Origin: Candidatus Krumholzibacteriia bacterium
GTDB lineage: Bacteria > Krumholzibacteriota > Krumholzibacteriia > LZORAL124-64-63
DNA length: 64,000 bases
Direction: 5' to 3'
Assembly (NCBI GenBank): GCA_050174015.1
Contig: JBFXKG010000001.1
Span: 224,404-288,403 of the forward strand
Notes under the pieces: generated by a model
Database searches by the model: none
Seen by the model: the letters and a program-made list of their open reading frames with translations, nothing else
What the model was told of the DNA's origin: nothing
Part shown: piece by piece, positions 58,055 through 64,000 of the stretch
How the letters are laid out: each line of letters starts with the position of its first letter
Position numbering within the stretch: the stretch's first letter is position 1
Translations under genes and position numbers: made by a program

Positions 58055-59428
58055 TCAGATCCTCGCCATGAGGTAGAGGCTGCGCAGGGTTCCGGGGATG
58101 GGAACCCTGTCGAGGATGGTGAAACGCCGGGCGAAGGCTGATTCGAAGCCTTCCTGGTGGTAGAAGGGAAAGATGTCGTCCCGGGAAGCCAGCAGGCGCT
58201 GGACCTGGGAATCGGGCTTCGGCACGAACTCGATGATGAGGCGCCGCCCCGCCGAGGCCAGGAAATCGGCCACGCGTTCGAGCGGCAGGTTGTTGGCGAT
58301 GGCCAGGTGATGGACCAGCGCCAGGGCGATGACCGTGTCCGCCGGTCCCCGGTCCAGCAGGGCGTCGCGCTCGCGGTGCGCCCAGCCCAGGGATGGGCTG
58401 GGATTCTTCAGGTCCATGACCAGGGGCAGCATGTTCGGCCGGTTGCCGCCGCGGCAGTCCAGCCAGTTCATCTCCACCGCCGCCGGATCGATGTCCATCG
58501 CCACGGTCAACCAGCCCCGGTCGGCGGCCAGCCGGCTGAAGTGCCCCGTGTTGGCCCCCAGATCCCACACCACCGGCCCGCCGGCGCGGTCCAGCAGGGC
58601 CCCGACCAGGCGGCGCTTCTCCGCCAGGGCGGAGTCCGAGTAGTTGGTGTGGTCGTAGTAGTCCGCCCATTCGGTGCTCCGGTCCTTCCACCTGAGGCTC
58701 TTGACGGCCTTGTGGAGATTCTCGGTGATCCCGATCATGGCGTCCCTGCTGACCTTCACCTGGCGCCGCTTGACGGGCTTGCCCGCGTGCCGTTTCTGGC
58801 TGCGGGCGTGCAGGTGGACGTGCATCAGGATGCCGGGATTCAGCAGGGATCGCCGGGGCAGCAGACCCGATCCCAGGTCCAGGGGCACCCCGTCGATCTG
58901 GGAGCGGAGCAGGCCCAGCATGCGGTGGTCCCGGTAGGACATCAGGGCCAGGGGGGCCAGGAAGTGCTGGCAGAACTGGCGGTAGGCGACCCAGGGCTCG
59001 CCCGGTCGATACCGGGTGAAGGACAGGGTGTCGATCAGGACCGGCTTGCCGCGGAGGAACTGGATGTTGTAGGCGGAGGCGTCCTTGAGGACCATGCCGT
59101 GGGCCAGGGCGTTGCGCTGCAGGCGCAGGGTGGCGACGGCCGCATCCCGGAGCTGGGTGAAGCACCACTCGTAGGGGTAGCTGATGAAGGGGATGCATTC
59201 CGGCTCGAGGACCGCTGCGGCGCCGGGTACGGGCGCCAGATCCAGGGACACCTCGGTGTGGGGGATCAGCAGTCCCTTGTCCAGGAGAGCGTCGTAGAGC
59301 CCGGACTCGTGGAGACAGGCCAGGTCATCGGCGCAGGAAGCGTTGACCTGGCGCAAGAGGCGTCCGTCCCGCCGGAACAGGAATCCCCCGGGGTCCCGGA
59401 AGGAGGAGGAAAGGGGGCCGTCAGGCAT
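58055..59428 (-). CDS. NoeA-like protein (N-terminal kinase-like region plus C-terminal SAM methyltransferase)
   Basis: SFRDPGG, FISYPYEW, LKDASAYNIQF, IDTLSF, YRQFCQHFLAPL, TEWADYY, WDLGANTG and LALVHHLAI. Confidence 0.85.
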   Translation of the reverse strand: MPDGPLSSSFRDPGGFLFRRDGRLLRQVNASCADDLACLHESGLYDALLDKGLLIPHTEVSLDLAPVPGAAAVLEPECIPFISYPYEWCFTQLRDAAVATLRLQRNALAHGMVLKDASAYNIQFLRGKPVLIDTLSFTRYRPGEPWVAYRQFCQHFLAPLALMSYRDHRMLGLLRSQIDGVPLDLGSGLLPRRSLLNPGILMHVHLHARSQKRHAGKPVKRRQVKVSRDAMIGITENLHKAVKSLRWKDRSTEWADYYDHTNYSDSALAEKRRLVGALLDRAGGPVVWDLGANTGHFSRLAADRGWLTVAMDIDPAAVEMNWLDCRGGNRPNMLPLVMDLKNPSPSLGWAHRERDALLDRGPADTVIALALVHHLAIANNLPLERVADFLASAGRRLIIEFVPKPDSQVQRLLASRDDIFPFYHQEGFESAFARRFTILDRVPIPGTLRSLYLMARI

Positions 59429-59627
59429 CCAGATCGTCGTCCGGTTCGACGCTCCGGCCGGTGAACCTGGCCTTGATCCTTTTCCAGGAGAGCTTGATGG
59501 CGACGCCGGCGCCCACCAGGGTGGCGATGATGCCCTGGATGATGAAGCTGCCGGTCCCCGGGTCCACGTAAGCGTAGGCCGAGGCCGGGACCAGGAGGCC
59601 GATCACCAGGAATAGAACCGACTTCAC
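59421..59627 (-). CDS. Small membrane protein with AYxDPGTGS motif
   Basis: MKSVLFLVIGLLVPASAYAYVDPGTGSFIIQGIIATLVGAGVAIKLSWKRIK...: signal-like segment, DPGTGS, TM and basic tail. Overlaps the NoeA-like start by 8 nt. Confidence 0.8.
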   Translation of the reverse strand: MKSVLFLVIGLLVPASAYAYVDPGTGSFIIQGIIATLVGAGVAIKLSWKRIKARFTGRSVEPDDDLDA

Positions 59628-59850
59628 GACCCGACCACCCTTCCGAAAACGGCCCCCGGAGGAGCCCTCATGATGCCGCAACGACTTGGGGACGGCATGG
59701 TCCTAGCAAAATAAAAACAATCGACCGCATATCAAAAAAAATACGGATGGGGATGAAAAAATGTTCCATCTTCCGGTGGAACCTTGACCCCATCCCGTGC
59801 ATTATGGGGGGGTCCTCAGCAACCGCTCAAGCCCTCCGATGGAGCCCGGA

Positions 59851-61077
59851 ATGAACAGGATGTTCCTTTCCCGACACCGTTTTTTGCCGTCCAGGCAGGT
59901 TCTCGTCATCCTTGCCTTGATCTCCACCTGCCTCACCGGCACGGGCGTGGCCCTGGCCGAAGGCGATGCCGGGGCCGCGGCCGACGGGGGGGGCGCCGCC
60001 TCGCCCGCCGGCCCCGCGGTCCTGACGGGGAACTTCAAGTCGGCCTACGTCATCGACGCCGACACGGGCCTGCCCCTGGTCGCCTTCAACGAGCGGGAGC
60101 GGCGCCAGCCCGCGTCCATGCTCAAGATGATGACCGAGTTGCTGGTGCTCGAGAGGGTGGCCGAAGGCGATCTGTCCTTCGACGACGTCATCAAGGTTTC
60201 CGCAAGGTCCAGCCGGATGGGCGGATCCCAGGTCTACCTCAAGCACGGCGAGGAATTCACCGTCCGCGAGCTGTTGATGGCCCTGGCGATCCATTCGGCC
60301 AACGACGCCGCGGTCGCCCTGGCCGAGTATCTGGCCGGTTCCGTCGCGGCCTTCGTCGATCTGATGAACATGCGGGCCGCCGAACTGGGCATGACCGACA
60401 CCGAGTTCCACTCGGTCCACGGCCTGCCGGCAGGGCGGGGCCAGCAACCCGACCTGACCAGCGCGAGGGACATGGCCATCCTGGGGAGGGAGCTCATCAG
60501 CCACCCCGAGGCCCTGGAGTGGTCCGCGATCGAAACGGCCCCCTTCCGCAACGGGGAATTCACCCTCCACAATCCCAACAAGCTGGTGGGGAAGTTCCGG
60601 GGTCTGGACGGCATCAAGACCGGATACACCGGACCCGCCGGATTCTGCGTCACCGCGTCCGCCGTCCAGAAGGGCAAGCGCCTGATCTCCGTGGTCATGG
60701 GCTGCGAGACGGACAACGGCCGGGCGGTGGAGACCACGCGCCTGCTGAGCCTGGCCTTCAACATGTACCAGCAGGTGGACGTGGTGCCGGTCGCCGGGGC
60801 GGACCTGCCGCTGGAGCAGCCGGTCAAGGGCGGCAAGACGAAGACCGTTCCCCTGGTGTATGCCGAGGCCCTCACCGTCAGCGTGCCCCGCGGACGCGAG
60901 GCGGAGGTGGTGCTGCGGTATGACGTTCCGGACGATCTGGCCGCCCCCCTGCCCGCCGGAGCCGAGGTGGGACGCGCCGTGGCCGTCCTCGACGGCATCG
61001 AACTCGGTGCGGTCGGCGTGAAGACCAAGCAGGAGGTGCTCAAGGGGAACTGGTTGAACCGGCTGTTCAACCGCTGA
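59851..61077 (+). CDS. dacA: D-alanyl-D-alanine carboxypeptidase (PBP5/6, peptidase S11)
   Basis: PASMLKMMT (SxxK), SAN (SxN), HGL and KTGYT motifs, plus a C-terminal amphipathic helix. The start is uncertain. Confidence 0.92.
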   Translation: MNRMFLSRHRFLPSRQVLVILALISTCLTGTGVALAEGDAGAAADGGGAASPAGPAVLTGNFKSAYVIDADTGLPLVAFNERERRQPASMLKMMTELLVLERVAEGDLSFDDVIKVSARSSRMGGSQVYLKHGEEFTVRELLMALAIHSANDAAVALAEYLAGSVAAFVDLMNMRAAELGMTDTEFHSVHGLPAGRGQQPDLTSARDMAILGRELISHPEALEWSAIETAPFRNGEFTLHNPNKLVGKFRGLDGIKTGYTGPAGFCVTASAVQKGKRLISVVMGCETDNGRAVETTRLLSLAFNMYQQVDVVPVAGADLPLEQPVKGGKTKTVPLVYAEALTVSVPRGREAEVVLRYDVPDDLAAPLPAGAEVGRAVAVLDGIELGAVGVKTKQEVLKGNWLNRLFNR

Positions 61078-61132
61078 TCCCGGGGATCCTCTCGCCGGCC
61101 GACCACGCCCTGACCGGACCAGGAGGGACAGG

Positions 61133-62731
61133 ATGAGCCCACATCCAGGACCGTTCCGTTCGCCCGCCGGGGCGCGTCGCGCAGGACGCTTCCCTTGGGT
61201 TCCGGTCGCACTGGCCGCCATCCTCGGCTGCGCCGGGTGCGGCGGCCCGCCGGCTCCGGGATGCGGGACGGCTCCCCCCGTGAGATTCGTCGCGAGTGTG
61301 GATTCGGTCGGTCTCGATCTCTTCCTGGCGCTGCCGGAAGCCGAACAGGACGTGCGCCGGCGGCACGCCGCCTCCCTGCGCGACCAGGCCAGGCGGACCG
61401 CCGAACTTCCCCGGAAACTCCAGAACCTGGTGGACGCCTGCAGCCTGGCGCCCGACGATCCGGCTGCCTGGCTGGCGCTCGCTGAAGATCTGCGCTGGCT
61501 GGGCGAGGACCTGCAGACCGAGGCCGCCCTGGACGGCGCGACGGCCGCCTTGCGGGTGGCCGCGGGTTCCGGCGGCGGGTCGGGGGGAACGCGGGACGCG
61601 CGCCGGCTGTCGGTGCGGATCGCCCTGTTGCGGGCCTGGTTCCACTACGACCGGGCGGAGTGGCGGGAAGGCCTGAGCTGGGTCCGCACCGCCATGGCCG
61701 CCGAGCCGGGCAACGCGGCCGCGCGGCAGATCCTGGGCCTTTGCGAAGCCAGCCTCGGCAATCGCAGCCGGGCCCGGGAAGTCGCCGGGGACATCGGGCG
61801 CGCCGACCCCTTCAGCACCGACCCGTCCTGGATCCTGGCCACGGTGGAGCGGGGCCAGGGTCTGGTCCGCGGAGCGTTCAACTTCCTGCTCGAACTCCGA
61901 CCCGCCGGGGACCACGTCTCCGAATGCTGGCGGGACATGGGAATGACCGCCGAGCTCCTGGGGGAATGGTCCTACGCCGGGCGCTGGTACCGGGAATCGG
62001 CGGCGGCTTTGCCGCTGAGCGACCGGTCCTGCGTCCAGGTCCGGTCGTTCCCTCCCCTGGGCTCTTCCGGCGCCACCGAACTGCCCGTCTGGCTGGGCAT
62101 GGGGCGGACCTTCCTGACCGGCTCGCGTTCGGCCTACACCGCCCTGGCCCTGGAGCGTTTCGACCAGGCCCCGGATCCTGCGGAACGGGAATACTGGGCG
62201 GGGGCGACGGTCAACGCCGCCGGCATCTGCGCCCGGCTCGGCCTGGATCGGCCCTGGGCTCTGCGCGCCAAGGGCCTGGTGTTCGCCGGGACCGGCATGG
62301 AGGACCGCGCCATCGCGGATCTGGCCAGGGCTTCCGAAGACCTCGCCGCCCTGAACGCTACTGATCCCCGGGTGGAACGGGAGCTGGGACGGCTCTACCT
62401 GGTGCGGGAGAACTTCGACGAGGCCCGGCGTCACCTGAGGACCGCGGTCGCCCTGGACCCCGACGATCCCCGCGCCTGGAGCGATCTGGGGCTGGTCCAG
62501 ATCAAGACCGGGGAAAGCCCTGCGGCGGCCAGATCCCTCACCCGGGCCATCGAACTGGACCCCGGTCTGGCCACGGCCCACTACAACCGGGGATTGCTGA
62601 ACCTGCACACCGGCAAGCTGGCGGAGGCGGAGGCCGATCTGCGGGAAGCGGCGCGCCTGGCGCCGGAGAACCAGGACGTGGCCAAGCTCCTGCAGCGGGT
62701 GATCCAGGCCCGCAAGCGGCAGGAAGGCTGA
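61133..62731 (+). CDS. Tetratricopeptide-repeat lipoprotein
   Basis: Lipobox-like AG-C and C-terminal TPRs (AVALDPDDPRAWSDLG, AIELDP..ATAHYNRG, AARLAPEN). Confidence 0.82.
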   Translation: MSPHPGPFRSPAGARRAGRFPWVPVALAAILGCAGCGGPPAPGCGTAPPVRFVASVDSVGLDLFLALPEAEQDVRRRHAASLRDQARRTAELPRKLQNLVDACSLAPDDPAAWLALAEDLRWLGEDLQTEAALDGATAALRVAAGSGGGSGGTRDARRLSVRIALLRAWFHYDRAEWREGLSWVRTAMAAEPGNAAARQILGLCEASLGNRSRAREVAGDIGRADPFSTDPSWILATVERGQGLVRGAFNFLLELRPAGDHVSECWRDMGMTAELLGEWSYAGRWYRESAAALPLSDRSCVQVRSFPPLGSSGATELPVWLGMGRTFLTGSRSAYTALALERFDQAPDPAEREYWAGATVNAAGICARLGLDRPWALRAKGLVFAGTGMEDRAIADLARASEDLAALNATDPRVERELGRLYLVRENFDEARRHLRTAVALDPDDPRAWSDLGLVQIKTGESPAAARSLTRAIELDPGLATAHYNRGLLNLHTGKLAEAEADLREAARLAPENQDVAKLLQRVIQARKRQEG

Positions 62732-62779
62732 TCGCTCCCCGGCCCCGGCGCCGGATCTTCCCGAGGATTCCCCGCCTGC

Positions 62780-63295
62780 TCAACCGGAGCGGCCCAGCAG
62801 GTCCAGGTACGCCCCGGTGACCAGGTCGCTCCGGTCCACGCCCAGCTTCTCCATGAGCGCGAAGGCCTCGGCCCGGCCTGCGGCCTCGGGCTCGTCCGGC
62901 TCGAGGACCACTTCGAGTTCCAGGAACCAGCCCAGATCCGCCACCTCGTCCAGGTGGATGCGCGTGCGGCCGGCCATCACCAGGGTCCTGGTCTTGCTGA
63001 CCGTCCCGATCGTTCCGCAGGCCTGCCCGAGGACGTCCGTCAGGCTCCGGGGATCGACCGTCGGACAGATGGCGTAGTGGGACGTCTTGGGCCCTTCGCG
63101 GTCGGGGCGGTCGTAGAAGATGAGCTCCCCCGCGCCGTCGCCGAAATCCCGGAGCTTCAGGCGTCCCCGGCTTGAACGGAAGAAGGTGTCGACCTGGCGG
63201 ATGATCCGGGGCTGGGAAGTGCCCAGGGCCTCGGCCGCGGCCAGCGCCGCCCGGGGATCGTGCAGGCGAGCCTTGATTTCGACGTTGCGGGGCAT
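62780..63295 (-). CDS. CYTH-domain protein (class IV adenylate cyclase family)
   Basis: MPRNVEIKAR (ExExK-like), QVDTFF, GRLKLR, TRIHLDEV..LG.FLELEV and GAY.DLL. GGAGA RBS. Confidence 0.92.
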   Translation of the reverse strand: MPRNVEIKARLHDPRAALAAAEALGTSQPRIIRQVDTFFRSSRGRLKLRDFGDGAGELIFYDRPDREGPKTSHYAICPTVDPRSLTDVLGQACGTIGTVSKTRTLVMAGRTRIHLDEVADLGWFLELEVVLEPDEPEAAGRAEAFALMEKLGVDRSDLVTGAYLDLLGRSG

Positions 63296-63361
63296 GGGTT
63301 CTCCGATGATCATGGCTTCCTTCATGCGGGGGATCGCCAAGGATAAAGGAAGGAATCGACT

Positions 63362-64000
63362 TTGAACAGCACGTCCCCGGGATGCGGGCGCCGCCTCGCA
63401 ACCATCCTCGTCGCGGCGCTTCCCTTGTCGGTCGCGTCCCCCGTCCAGGTTGCGGCCGGGTCCCCCGAGCCCGCCGACATCCCGGGCGCCCTGGTTTCCG
63501 ACGCCGCCGCCCTGCCCTCGACGGATTCGGCCCTCTGGCTGCTGGCGGGGATCGGCCTGACCCTGGGCGTGCACGGATTCGAGGATGCCGCGGGCGCTTC
63601 CCGGGCGCTTGACCAGGGGGCGTGGGACAACCTGGCCGACGCCGGCAACGTCTGGGGCGACATCCGGCTCCAGGCGCCGCTGGCGCTGGGCACCTGGACG
63701 GTGGGGGGGATGATGGGAGACGAAGGCCTGGCCCGGACGGGTTTCGACCTGAGCCGGAGCCTGGCCCTGAGCTACGGGGCGGTGACCGCCCTGAAGGTCG
63801 CGGTGGACCGGGAACGCCCCAACGGCGCACGCTATTCCTTCCCCTCCGGGCACACCTCGGCCGCTTTCAGCACCGCCGGAGTGGTCACCCGACGCCACGG
63901 CGGTTGGCCGGGCGCGATCGCCCTGGTCCTGGCCGGGTGGACGGCCATGGGCCGCATGGAGGATCTCAAGCACCACCCCTCCGACACGGTGGCAGGCGCC
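63362..64000 (+). CDS. PAP2 family phosphatase (3'-truncated by the window end; absent from the ORF track)
   Basis: TTG start after AAGGAAGG. Hand translation gives KVAVDRERP...SFPSGHTS...GRMEDLKHHPSDTVAGA, the three PAP2 motifs. Confidence 0.88.
   Translation, partial: MNSTSPGCGRRLATILVAALPLSVASPVQVAAGSPEPADIPGALVSDAAALPSTDSALWLLAGIGLTLGVHGFEDAAGASRALDQGAWDNLADAGNVWGDIRLQAPLALGTWTVGGMMGDEGLARTGFDLSRSLALSYGAVTALKVAVDRERPNGARYSFPSGHTSAAFSTAGVVTRRHGGWPGAIALVLAGWTAMGRMEDLKHHPSDTVAGA

Noticed and set aside
59693..59708. CGGCATG-N4-TAGC as a sigma54 promoter for dacA
   Set aside because: It deviates from the TGGCACG-N4-TTGC consensus, and the same bases read as an extended -10-like element (TGcTAGGAC) for the divergent minus-strand genes. 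It is ambiguous.

Overview
High-GC bacterial chromosomal window with about 55 densely packed genes, mostly on the + strand. No rRNA, tRNA, CRISPR array or recognisable mobile element was found. Several features suggest a diderm anaerobic peptide fermenter of the FCB group, for example Ca. Krumholzibacteriota or Latescibacterota (inference): a PorV family gene, a TonB receptor clustered with a T9SS-like CTD protein, acidic-tailed lipoproteins, and a secreted protein ending in S-F-G-x-V-K-A-L-F-R. The content covers butyrate kinase/phosphotransacylase, rubrerythrin, a POT peptide transporter, argS, a beta-propeller hybrid kinase, lemA-htpX, a five-gene CTD-protein/lipoprotein/TBDR/PorV/NHL operon, nucleoside salvage, tpiA, M16/M1/PepD peptidases, citrate lyase, TspO, an AlkZ-like glycosylase, trpB and dacA. 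The ORF track misses or splits several elements: (1) a selenocysteine peroxiredoxin with an in-frame TGA and a SECIS-like hairpin; (2) a leaderless WWW leader peptide with an attenuator in front of a stand-alone trpB; (3) a DnaA-box/IHF/AT-rich oriC-like intergenic region; (4) a 54-bp imperfect inverted copy of the citF 3' end. Two protein fusions appear to have lost canonical catalytic or attachment residues: PTA-like::butyrate kinase and CitD::CitE. All calls come from motif recognition by eye; no database searches were run.
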